Origin: Phallusia mammillata
Lineage: Eukaryota
Length of the DNA stretch: 64,000 nucleotides
Assembly: GCA_965637545.1 (NCBI GenBank)
Contig: OZ281497.1
Span: 29,884,001 to 29,948,000 of the forward strand
Direction: 5' to 3'
In this document: in pieces, positions 51,998 through 64,000 of the stretch
Layout: each line of letters starts with the position of its first letter
Numbering within the stretch: position 1 is the first letter of the stretch
Made by a program: the position numbers and the translations under genes
Notes under the pieces: generated by a model
Seen by the model: only the letters and a program-made list of their open reading frames with translations
What the model was told of the DNA's origin: nothing
Databases searched by the model: none

Positions 51998-52429
51998 ACG
52001 GAATTCCCGAACTTCCCGATTATTTCAGCGGAAAAACATTTTTTCTTTACGGGGATTCCCCTCCAGGAACCGAGCGAACGTTGAAACGTCACATTATCAC
52101 GTGTAACGGGTGAGCAGTGAAGCGGAACGTTCTAATAATACGCTGCTTATTTTGACATCACACCTGTTAACATCATAACAAAGTTTCGTCGTTCAAACTT
52201 GCTTTTTTAATTATTTTTGTGATGAAACTTTGTTGTTCACAGCACGTTGGAGGAATATATGAGTGATGACGTCAGATATGTGGTGACGCAGCGCTCATGG
52301 GATTCAAGTTTTGATGACGCACTAACATCGAATAGTTCGCTTGTGTTTGTGAAACCGAGCTGGGTTTTCGAATGTGGTCATTCAAAGTCATTGTTACCTC
52401 ACAATCGACACATTGTGCATTCGAATTAG
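51998..52429 (+). CDS. XRCC1: XRCC1 BRCT2 exons (51998-52109, 52243-52429)
   Basis: GIPELPDYFSGKTFFLYGDSPPGTERTLKRHIITCNG|TLEEYMSDDVRYVVTQRSWDSSFDDAL...KPSWVFEC...HSN*. Confidence 0.92.
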
Positions 52430-54647
52430 GTGATTGTTTACGATACTTTTTGGTTTTTGTTTCTTTTGGGTAACCTAGCGCGCATTTGTTTCAGCTTTGA
52501 CGATGACGAGCTTTGTGTAGACAACCATAGCAGTTATTACACGCTGACTATTAAGTTGTTATGTTTGCACGTGGAAAAGTATTTTTTCAGTGATCGGAAA
52601 TTTGTTTGCATGGCTGTGTTACAAATATTATTTCTATCTGTTTGTTACAAAGTTTTCATTTTTTCGCTTTTGTTTGTTGCTTCGTCACCATATAACTTAT
52701 ATTTATTTCATTTTGCTTTCACATTGGTGTTTTGTTTTACTTTGATTTTACTTTTTTTACCTTTATTCATTTCATGCTTGTTTCAATTAGTGTTCTGTTT
52801 TCAATCTGTTTGCGTTTGTTAGTTTTTATTAACATCACTTTTTTTATTTGTCGTTTTAAACGCAACTGTCGCACCGACTTGACATTCCGGCGCGTTGACC
52901 TAATTTACACGTCTTCACCTTTCTTGGGGACATTTGTTAATTAGCTTTTAGAATAACTATTTTTCCCCTAGCGGCTTCCCAAACGAGAGGACGGTGTAAC
53001 TTAAATTTTGAGAATTACAAACCCAAGAATTGCTTATCCGCTTCTGTGTTCGCGAAAGCATTATGTGTAGAGTGTGGTCTATTGATTGGTTCAACCGGCT
53101 AGCTGTTAGAGCAGCGTCCTGAACCTTCGGCACTGAAATAATAGCGCTATAAATGGAAACAGCGAAGTTTACTACGACAATCGGCATCAGTTTTGTCACT
53201 TGGTGGTGCAACATGCGACTTTACACACACATTGGAAAGTTGCTGTCAGGTAGGGCAGGAACTTGGCCGAATGGTCCAGCGCGCCTGACCCATATACAGA
53301 ATAAAAAAAAAATGATCGGGATTCGTCCCCGGGAGTGTCCTGGGTTCGAAACTCGTGAAAAAAAACGTTGCTATCTGGTAGAATTTCACATTGACTTATC
53401 GCATCAGCTTCCTGCTTGTGTTATTTCACGTGTCGTGATGAGTCTGACTTGAAACCAAGATTGTCAGTTTGAATGTTCAAGTCTGGCTCATAACCGTTCA
53501 GTGTTAGTTGTGTAACCACTTCGCTCGTACCTGAGGGCCACAGTTGTTATCACTTCACGTTCACAGTTGCACCTTTTTGGATGTTTGTCGTATTATTACT
53601 TTAAATACTAATTAGTTATTCACGATTGATTCAATTAAAAAATCCTCTCATAAAATCATCATACATTTGTATTTTTAACGCATCGAATATTATTTCCATC
53701 TTTTAGACAACGTGTATAGGACGTCGGAATAAAATTACATTTGCCAAAAGAGCTCTATAAACTTGATATTTTTCCTGACAGCAATAGCATATAATTTACT
53801 GTGTGAACTTAGTTTGTACAACTTTCGGCGATGTAGGTTTCGGTTTAACTTCTTGCCACCACAAATGTTTAGCGTAATTTGTGCTGTTTTGTAGTCAAAG
53901 TTATCATATTGTGCAGAACGGCGCTTTCACATGAGCGTGATACGAAACGGCGTCGCATCTCACATCAATGTAGCCTCATTTGCATACAAGTTTTGCCGCT
54001 TAATGGGGTTAAAGTGCAATCAGTTTAGCAAGTTCTGCAACCTGACCATTTGAGCTGAGGTGCTCGATCCATGCGACAGAATCTGACCTGAATTCGATTT
54101 TACGGGATCCGTTTTTTATAAACCAGATAAAACTCTTTAAACACAACCCAACAAGTGGAAAGAACTTTTAATTCAGCTGCAAACAGTGCAGAACGTTTCG
54201 AATTTTAAGTTCTCTCATGAGTCCCGATTTCATTCAGTTTGTCTGTAAGATAGAACAAACATAGAAAAACCAGAAACGTTTGGTGAGACTTCTGATCACA
54301 AATGGGTTTATAACCCGTGAGTAAAACCGTTTTGACTTGAAAATGCAATACATTGGGCTACGCAACGACTATAGACAGGAGGTGGATTTTAAGCGAAGAT
54401 CTGACAAGATCGCAGTTTTCATTTCTTTAACCGAATTTGGTTGCATTCTAATGTTGCAAGTTTGCTCAGTAACAAGTTTGGTGTTTGAAGCTTTCTCGCA
54501 AACTCAAGTGCATCACTTTTATGGTTTCCAGCACTTTTTGTTTTCGCCATTTCCTAACATTATTGTTGTTTTTGAAAACTGCAATTGATTAACACTCTCC
54601 GCAAGCTACTGAGTCAGCCGAAAAATCACATTAATACAGTTGCACAA

Positions 54648-55230
54648 CTAGGTGTTGTATAATAAATATACTCCCGCTAATATATATCGGGGAGACTGGA
54701 AGGTCGCTCAACCACCGACGAAAAGAACATCAACCGGTTGTTGAAAACAACGAAGCGAAGAAATCGGCCCCTTCGAATCACAAGACCACCATATTGATTT
54801 CAGTGGGGCGTCTGTTATGGCCCCTGACTACATGATAGGGGATAAAACAGGGACAACACAATGAACATCAAAACAGATGTGGTCAGTGCCGGAATAACCA
54901 CAAGGTAAAGTAGGCACGTGCCTACAGGCCAGTCAAAAATCCAGGCCACTTCTTTGTAACAATGATTTGGCAACACTGATAATTCTATTTTTATAGTCGA
55001 CAACCCTGATTTTCGAGCCACTTCTAAATGTGCCTACAGGCCAGCAGACCCTTAATCCTGCACTGAATGTGGTGCCTTCAGCATTACAGGCACCTACTCA
55101 AAGATTAGAGGCCCAATCATTCGTTATCACACCGTGCTTGCGTTTCATCCTTTTTTCCCTTTGTTTCACTGTACTAATCGCATTCACTGTAATTTACCCT
55201 GATAAGACGTTGAAACGTCGGTATAAACAC
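54648..55230 (+). mobile_element. Penelope-like element 3' fragment
   Basis: GVVY*...YIGETGRSLNHRRKEHQ...KKSA...HHIDF; ends with a minimal hammerhead-like motif at 55195-55223. Confidence 0.8.
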
Positions 55231-58200
55231 AATTGCCAGTAGAGCTCTTCAAGGTTGGTATTATGCTTGGCAGCAACAGCTTACATATTGTCTGTATTTA
55301 TAAGCTCTATATTATACCAAATTGCTACCTGTGTGTTACAAAAACATAGGTAGGCTAATTGTGGTTTATTGTTGCAATAGAAGTTTGTCAATTGTATTCA
55401 CCAATAGCACATTCAGTTGCTGGTGCAGTCGGTTGCGTTTTACTCCCACTTCAGTGAAAGCAAACTCCATGCATTTGAACAAGAATAAAGCTGGAACAAA
55501 GGTTTAAGCAACATGCTGCAACAGTTTTTGTTACTAAAGTAAGTTCATGAGTTAGATTTTTGTGAATAATGTCTTTTTAAAACCGATAATTGTTTAAAAT
55601 GGATATTTGCTGACCAATTTAGGGATTTTCCGGTTTAGTAACCTATACCTCTAAACTATTTAGTTTTTAAGATTTTTGTTCATTTTATGCTTGCATGATA
55701 TCGAGCTTCGAGCATTCAACAAATGTTTGAAATTCCGCCGAAAATTGTTTGATATTATTGTTAGTGATGTACTTTTGGTTCCACTTCGTTAACATCTTAA
55801 ATATTTTTAGTTGAAACTTTTTGTGTTTAAATCACGTGAAGACATCAGGTTTTTCATAGGAGCGAGATTCGTGATACAAAACGGGGTCGCATTTTACAAT
55901 CACGCGCTGTTGCCTCATTTGCATACAAGTTTTGCCGCTTGGTGGAGACAAAGTGCAGTTTTACCAGTTCTGCAACTTTGCCGTGTGCGCTGAACGGGCT
56001 CGATCCATGCGGGAAAAAACTGACCGAGATTTGGTTTCACGGGATTTTTAAATCAAACCACGTTGAGATTATGTTTCAAACACAACGCAGTTGGCAGAGA
56101 TGCATTTCAATTTAACTGCTGACAGTGCACGATGTTTTAACATTTGTGTTTACATCAGTGCAGCTGGTGACAAGACATTGGACAAAACATTGTGCACTGC
56201 AGCTATCTTATCCTTGTTATTGCCCATCGATTTATACTTATCACAGAGTTTGTGTAAAATCGATCGACCACAGGACAAACTCGAAACTTTATTTGTCGAT
56301 ACTTTAACTCTCCCATTGTTGCTCATTTTGAACTTTAACCTTGCTGCGCGGTGTTGCGTGCAGTTGTGGAACTTATATCCCTTTTGTATGCTACAAATTT
56401 ATGATGAGCGTGCATAAATGACACGGCCGATAAAGTTAAGATACCCATCTTACACCATATATATTTACAATTCTACATCGTGTTAATTTCAAAATTTCCT
56501 ACATATTGTATGAGTGACGTTATCGTTTGTCGAAATAAATTCTGCAGGGTAAATATGTGAAAGTATAAACAAAACGTTGTCAGTCTGTGGTTCGATTGGT
56601 TCTCAACCTGTTAATTGTTATCAACCCGAAATGGGTAGTTTGACATTTTTCAGGGGTAACTACATCTTAATGAGTAAAATGACGGCCCAATTAGACCAAT
56701 GAGCGACATGCTACAGTATATTTAGGCCATTGTTTTTCTCATTAAACTTATGGTCAGATGTGTAATATTCTAACTACATATTATCGTATTTTATTTTCGT
56801 GACGTTTTGCTCCTGAGTTTAAACTCCGACTTTTCCAGTACGGGCCGAGTTCGAGCTTAATTCGGGCTTGACTTCACACTCGGCGTCATTTGTGTCGTAT
56901 ATTTACTATTTCGATGGAAAAGGCAATTCGGGCCTTGTATTTTCTTTATAATTTGGGTTCAGGTTAGCCTTCAGATCAATTGTAAAGTTATTAGCTATTG
57001 CCGCGAGAAGAAATGGGCGTTAAGCTTTCATATCACGCTCTCTTTAGACTCATGTTGTTGTTTTGGTGAATTTGAGTTAATGCATTACCTTGCAGCACGC
57101 AGGGAAACTCCGTCTATTAATATATCAGGTCTGTGCGACTGAAATCGATTGATGGCTCCACATCGAAAGTTTGCGAATTCCCAAACAATCGCCGACTCAC
57201 TACGCGCCCTCGATCAATAGAGATGACGCGTTTCCTGACAGGAAATATTGGCTTGGACTAATTAGGGTTGTCTACAGTGGAAAGTTTTTAAGGAAGTTAA
57301 CCTAAGATGACCAGGTTTCAGGCTTGCTGGATGACAAGTGAGTTTCTGTTGATTTCGAGGGAAATTATCTGATGCGCTTATTTATTAACCACAAATAACA
57401 CAAGTAACACTGAATATCTATACACCACTTACGTTGTTACACCCAATCGCGTTTTGCGCCCCTCGCTTCTCCAACGAGATCCCCAATTTCTCTGCCACGT
57501 GTTATTTGTAAATAGTCTTAAGGGTGCGGCTGCTGCGTGTTTTGTTGTTGTCTCCAATTTATCTCACACTGGCGTAATATTAACCACAAGGTTTTTGCAG
57601 CTGTTTTTCGATTCTGTGGCACTAGTGTAGTGTTTCTGTACTGTTATGAACCATTTTTATGTCCATGTTTTTCAATTAATACAATACAATAGTTCAATCA
57701 CAATGCGTCAGGTCCATTGAAGGCGCCATTAACGAATTAACACAATACAATACGTTACTTTCATGTTTCACAGCTGAAAAGTTTGCGCTTACATCACCAC
57801 GCATGTAAATCTGTTTCGATAGTAAACAAATAAAAGTTAAATTGTCCGGGTGGCGCAATTATGTTTGTAATGTGTAAGTGTGATGTCATTTTTGCAATAG
57901 GCGCTAGGTGTTTCATGCATGGCTTTTTAGGGTTTGGTTTGGGTGACCGCTATGTAGTTTTAAGAGACCGCAAGTCTTTCATTTAAATACCAAAAAAAAC
58001 AAGTCCAAATTTTGGGAAACCGCTGAAGAAATTTGAAACGGTCCCTCAAAACACCTTAAAAAGCACTGGTTTCATGTATGCTGTGTTTACAACACAAAAC
58101 CGAGTTCCAAACTTACGAGTCAAACGCTGCTGCTTTCATCAGACGTGAAAACTCACCATAAAGTGTCGCTGTGTTTTCTAGCGATAGTGACGTATCGCGG

Positions 58201-61200
58201 CACCGAGATGCATTCTTCAGCCCAACTTCCTTGATCAACCTGAATGAAAGAATGTGTTTGGCGTTATGCTTGTGGTGTTCAAAACTGTGGTGGTTAACTA
58301 TTGCAGACATAAAACTTTCTTAGGCGCTATGTTGCTTTTATGGAATTGCTTTATCACCAAATCCGACTCAATTAATTACAATTTTGAGGGCGAAAATTTG
58401 CATGTATTCCAGGTTCCAAATACAGATGTGGGCAACACTTACGAAACTTATTACTTGATTGTTGTGTTTAAATGGGATCTTTCGTTTTGATAAAAATTGT
58501 TAACACGTAGGCTTACCACACGCCCTATCGCCTTTTCATGTAGCGCTTCACAGTACGAATAAGGGAATACAATCACTATAGTTGGTTGCAATGTGGTTTG
58601 TTCGGTTTAAGAGACACCATGTCAATTTATGTGGAAAATGGACTTAACCAAGGAAATCAGTACATAAACGAAACTCTTAAATCCGATGATTTGCTTTGTT
58701 TGCCTTCTTGTTCGAAAGCGTCCCGCGGTCAAGCTTAAACTTTCTAACATATACAGGATAAACGCCACCATGTTCAGAGGCTCAAATTATGGTGATGAAA
58801 AACTTGAAATATGTTTTATGCCTAAAATAATTTATGAGAAAACAAAGCGAGGACAAGGCACTTCCAGGCATTGAGTAACACCCTTGTTTCTTATCGTATT
58901 TTACATCTGGCATTCAACGTGTTAAACAAGTTGTTCTCTACAATTGGTAATAACTTTAATTTTAAACAGGAATTGTAGCACCGTCGTGGAGGAAACGTGT
59001 TTTCAATTCTTCACTGAGGTGGGAAAAAAGCAACGTTCAGCTCTCAGTCGTGGCGCGAGAAACAAAATGGCGGTTTGCAGTTTCCTATAAATTTGGCTGC
59101 AAATGCTTGATGTCGACTAAAGAAGCGCGAACTTGGCTGAGTTAAGGAATCGTGGAGAAGAAAAGATGTGAAGTAAGTTTTGCTTAACTTAAGTACTTAT
59201 ATGTGCTATTGAACTTTGTTCGGTTTCCAGTAAATATTTGGACAAACCATTGTAACCAGGAGCCACAATTAATTCTATATGTAATGTTATAAGTCCGTGT
59301 TTAGTGTTGTCATGTCGTTTTTGGGTGATTGCAAAAGGTATTGTTATACATTGTAGGAATGCGTACTGTTTGTGTTTGATTTTATTACTAGTACTGCCAA
59401 AATGTGCCAGAATTTATATCCATTTCACTGAACCTCCACGTTTTAAGCTTGCTACTAGAAACCAACCCTATAAATATTGCGTAAGATTGGTGTTTGACAG
59501 AACGTGGTTATTGGAACGTTGCAACGACGCATTTCGTGTTTTTCGGCACAATTTTCGGATGGTAACTGTGACTTTTTGGATTTCGCAATCGCTCAGATAA
59601 CAACGATTTGCAACAAGCCTTGAGGAGTTTAGGTGCTTGTTGGCACAAACTCGGCGATGAAAGGCTTGAAAAGCGCAGTTCAGTGGTGTAAGTGTGCGTG
59701 TGTGTCTCATAAATACGTGGAGACGGATGCTTGTTTTTCTGTTATCTTGCTGTAGTGTAAATGTGTGTGACTGAACTCTCATTAATAGTTTGACATTTCA
59801 ACATGATGCATATATACGACCCAACTCAAATTGTATTAATCTACTTTCACTAGTGATGCATTTGGCAGCACCGGAAATTATAGGAAACTGCCTGTAACTA
59901 TAGTTTGAATACATTTCATTTTCTTCGGCTATGGCAGTCCGATATGCCACTGTGATAAGCGTAATAGTTATGTTATTGGGCTTCCAAAAGCGGTTTTCAA
60001 GTTGACAGCAAACAATACAAGATGAAAAATATAATGACGTTTTTCATCACTGGTTCCTCCTGAAACGGAAAAATGCCGTAATTTATTCATTTTTATATTA
60101 CTAGCGTTCCCATTTTTGGTGACCAAAATACAGTTATATTTTTTCCGTTCAAGGGCACTTCAAATGAGAAACGCATTTCTATGGTGTTGCCAAACGAAAC
60201 AAACTTCTACTGAAACCGGACATTTGGCTCGCGTGGCTACCACATGTGGTGTTTATGGCGGAATTTGTGAATGTTGAAAGCTGATTTCTTTGCAACTGAA
60301 ACATCGTTTTATTAGTAAAGAAATTATCAATCATTAAGTTCTTTCCAAACCGCAACCAATTTACAATTACACTAGTGTGCTGGCAGACACTTTTTTGATG
60401 CAAATTACGTAGAAAAATAAGGTACCTTTTGCGGATTGGTTTGGCGCCTGCATCGCTAGAGGCAACCGTCAACCGCGTCTGGTGTGCAGAGCGCCTTCAT
60501 TCGGATAATCATCACACGTTAGCTTAATTTACAGCTTGTCTGAAAAGCTGTCTTGAAGAAGCAGGTGGTTTACTGTTTTCATTTTATTCGGTTATTTTAG
60601 GTTTCACTACTTGATCTCCATCATGTGTTTGTTGGTTTGTGGATCACTTTATTGCAAGGGTGATAAAATGGAAAGGCAACCCCGGGTATTTGATATATAG
60701 TTGGTTGCAGAGCTTATTGGGTTTGACAAAGTTGATATTGCTTCTCAACTGCTCAGACAAACTCCCAAAAAATCTCAGTAACACGTGCGTGGTAGATAAA
60801 CACGTGAACGCGATTTGTACTTATATTGTGTCGGCGAAACGCCAAATTTGGCAGTGCTTATCAGGTCCATTTGTTTGCAACGAAACATCACTTGTTTTTC
60901 GGGTTTGAGTTTATGGTTTAACATGTACATTTGTTGTTTGACTTGATATCAAGTGACAACACGTCACCTGGTTAAACTCAATAACACTCGCTGGTAAATG
61001 TATTGACTCTCTCAACTTACAAAAAACATCTTTTTGCAAGTATACTGTTCCATTATCTTAAGCAAGCCTAGTTACTTGGCGATTGTTTTTAAATATACAC
61101 GCAATGTTTTGAGCATGTCGACCTATTTCGATTTTGCCAAACAAAATAGTTAAGTGTAACTGAAACCGCCACGAATTGTCGCTAGAGTTTCTTGTCGGTT

Positions 61201-61309
61201 TGGCCATCGCACGGTCATAGGAAGGTCTGTTGGACGTGTGTATTGTCTTGCACCCGCCAATCCGCAACTGGTAACGCTCACTTCCCGGTTTCAGGCATGA
61301 CTTTACACA

Positions 61310-63350
61310 ACTGACATTCCAACGCACGTTTCTAACCACTTATATTTGTTGACAGGACATTACCTGCGCTTACCAAGTGCGACAGCAAGGCCTGATCTGC
61401 CCTTCTGCTTCTCTATGATCCAGTTTTTCTGTGTTGGTCAAGAAGAAAAGTGGTGAGCTTTTGTGTTGCTTATCTGATGATAAATATAGATTTCAAGAAT
61501 TTTTTCCTTTTCTTCATTTTAACACATGGCCTGGGCTCTACCCGTCTGTAAATATTTTGTTTAGTTTGGAAGTTAAAATGTCACCAAAACATCTGTTATT
61601 ATGTTTGCACTTGGACATATAACGTAGGTGAATGTGTTGTTGCAACCAAACGTGTTTGCGGCAAACTTTTCAGTGTTTGTTTTTGCACACCCCTTATAAC
61701 TGCTAGTGTTTATTTATGCTTTATGCAAGTCTTACTCTAAACTGATTTGGTAAAAAACTTAAATTTGAAATACGAGTTGACGGTGCATTGGTATGACCTA
61801 ATCTGTCCATCTAACTCCATGGTCCAGTTCTGTTGAATTGCTTTTGCCGCTTTTGGTTGGATTGGAGCAACTTTGTTCTTCGGTGTAATTTGCAACAAAA
61901 GCAACATTTGAGCAACTGCAAAGAACGCGACATTTCGCGAAAGTTTTATTGCTTTGCTTATATTGCTTTATATTCCATGTGGAGGCCGCCATTTCGGGGC
62001 CAGTTGGACAAATCCAGGAACTTTGCAGTCAAGATTTGCTCTGGTGTGACACCTGGCGGTATACGACGTTAAGATGAGACGAAGGCCGAAAGCGAAGCAC
62101 TCGAATGCAACTCCTCGTCGCAATGTCCTTCCTATTCTACCAGTATGTCTTACTTTTTTTAATGGGCCAGACAGAATAACTACAAATGTAATGTCAAATC
62201 TCCGTTTTTAGTTTTGTGATAGAATTAGTACAATTTGTCATTTTTCTGTTGGGTGTCTGCATTGTCTTGCACCCGCCAATCCGGAACTGGTAACGTTCAC
62301 TTGCTAGTTTTTACTGATAACCTCACAACCGACATTCCAACACACGTTTTTAACCACTTATATTCGTTGACAGGACATTTATACCTGCACTTATCAACTG
62401 CGACAGCAAGACCTGATCTACTCCCCTTCTACTCCGTCATGCTCTAGTTTCTCTGTGTTGGTCAAGAAGAAGAGTGGTGAGCTCTTGTGTTGCTTATATT
62501 CTGATAAATAGATTGCAATATTTTTTGTTGCATTTCTTTAATTTCAACACACAGCCTGGGCTCTACCCGTCTGTTGTAGCAAATAATTTGTTTAGTCTAG
62601 AATTTGCCATCAACTGCCATCAAAGCATCTGTTATTATATTTGCACTTGGAGATATAATGTCAATGTGTCGGGTGCAACCAAAAGTGTTTGTAGCTATCT
62701 TTTTAGTGTTATTTTTGCACCACCCCTTACAACTGTCAGTGTTTATCTTTGGTTAATGTTAGTCTTATTCTTAACTGATTTGGTAGAAAACTTAAATTTG
62801 TAATTCGAGTTGACGGTGTATTGGTATGACTTGGATGATGTGTAATTATTTATTTGTTGTTATAATTTGCAACCTGTTTAATAACTTGCACTCACACATG
62901 GAAAAGGTAAGACCTGATTTGCCCATCTACCCCTCCATGATCAAGTTGTATTGGATTGGCCGAGCAGAAGAGAGATGGGCTTTGTGTCAATACGTTTAAA
63001 ACACAAACAGTAAAAATGTTTTACCGCTTTTAGTTGGATTAGAGCAACTTTGTTTTTTTGGTTTAATTTGCTAAAAAAGCAACATTTGAGCAACTGTAAA
63101 AAAGACAAAGTTTCGCAAAAGTTTTATTGCTTTCCTTACATTGCTCTATATTCCATGTAGTGTTCCATATTTGGCGGTGGTACGTTCAGTAACTCACACT
63201 TTTTTGTACAGGCCGCCTTGTTGAACGATATTTGGAACTTTGTGGTCTATGATTGCTCTGGTGTGACACCTGGCGGCATTCAAGATTAGACGAAGGCCGG
63301 AAGCGAAGCACTCGAATGCAGACGCACTGTGTTGGATAAAGGACAAACTG
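61310..63350 (+). repeat. Two to three tandem diverged copies of the RT-fragment composite repeat
   Basis: 61310-61800 aligns by eye with 62330-62830; 61830-62115 aligns with 63030-63325. Confidence 0.8.
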
Positions 63351-63893
63351 TTGAGGTACTGATGTTAAAAGAAAAACTGTTTTGTTTATTTCTCAACAAA
63401 CCGTTGCAAACACGCTTTACTTCTGGTTAACACCTCACACACGCCAACTAGATTCAAGATTTTTTATTAAGAGGGATTTTATGCAGCCGTGCCACAACGC
63501 AGCTTTTTTTACTTGGTAACAGAATGTCGGTGTTTTGTAAAAGTGGTGACTTTAACTAGCTTTAAGTTATAAAGTTCGCTTCTAAAGCAACCTAATTGTC
63601 GTAATGATGGTCATTTTGAGATGTTAAAAATACTTTTTTTCTTGTGGCTTTGTAGTTAAAAAGAATATCTATAACCGCGATTTTGTGTGTGAAGCGTTTT
63701 CATTTTGGGGATTTTAAATTACCAATGCAAAATTATTGCCATGAATTAAATTCAAAAAACTTGTTGCCATTTCCGTTTTAAATCCGATTAGCACCGTTAC
63801 AAGTTTGCACAAGCACATGTTTGGGTACACATGGGTTCCAGTTGCAGAAAATATCCACTGTATAAAATGCACACAAGTAGTAGCGATGTGAAT

Positions 63894-64000
63894 AAATCAT
63901 AGTACTGCAGGCCTATTAAAGGCGTTATAACGAATCAGTCGGTTACCATGCATTCCCATATATGGCAAGGTATAGGCTAGAAAAATCTAACTTGTGGTAG
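63894..64000 (-). repeat. tRNA-headed repeat, copy 3 (cut by the window end)
   Basis: AGTACTGCAGGCCTATTAAAGGCG...ATGGCAAGGTATAGGCTAGAAAAATCTA matches the same unit. Confidence 0.8.

Larger units (their letters stand above)
49210..52429 (+). pseudogene. XRCC1: XRCC1 homolog, apparently disrupted; exons 49210-49260, 49493-49686, 50080-50238, 50539-50625, 51067-51230, 51599-51689, 51759-51859, 51998-52109, 52243-52429
   Basis: MPIINIQHIVSFSSED, IDIGNDGSAFVEVLV, SSFMTPSE...WDRVKLVCTQPF and YGLSFI (N-terminal domain); CAFANTPK...GRIVRADWIIDC (BRCT1 C-half); PELPDYFSGKTFFLYG...FVKPSWVFEC (BRCT2). Identity is clear. Pseudogene status rests on a frameshift in exon 2 and the missing central exons, and could be an assembly artefact. 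Confidence 0.7.

Noticed and set aside
59060-59180. First exon of another gene (AAAATGGCGG ... AA|GTAAGT)
   Set aside because: No open frame or downstream exon could be linked to it.
62071-62093. AAGATGAGACGAAGGCCGAAAGC resembling a hammerhead
   Set aside because: It lacks CU of the core and stems I/III, and the paralog at ~63283-63305 is further from consensus.

Overview
AT-rich, intron-containing, repeat-dense eukaryotic DNA. It is an invertebrate metazoan, plausibly an ascidian (inferred from compact GT-AG introns and the NLR/transposon content, not proven). Most six-frame ORFs are noise, and real genes have to be assembled from exons. (1) A ~26 kb NLR (NACHT-LRR) gene on + (19678-45588, ~1066 aa by my exon model). 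It has a low-complexity N-terminus with no recognisable death fold but a RHIM-like/amyloid-like motif and 3x30-aa repeats, a large NACHT exon, four near-identical 162-nt phase-0 LRR exons whose differences concentrate at exposed LxxLxLxxN/C positions, and a terminal LRR exon. A duplicated NACHT-tail exon and a dead LRR exon fragment also lie within it. The LRR introns are segmental duplicates carrying antisense Ty3/Gypsy gag-protease-preRT remnants and DNA transposons. (2) XRCC1 on + (49210-52429), with a 1-nt frameshift and no exons for linker 1 and the first half of BRCT1. (3) Three copies of a ~347-bp tRNA-headed repeat that is terminally redundant and circularly permuted. (4) Three Penelope-like GIY-YIG 3' fragments with hammerhead-like remnants, several hAT/pogo MITEs, and a mosaic repeat family carrying a Gypsy RT N-terminal fragment. 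All calls were made by eye, without database searches.
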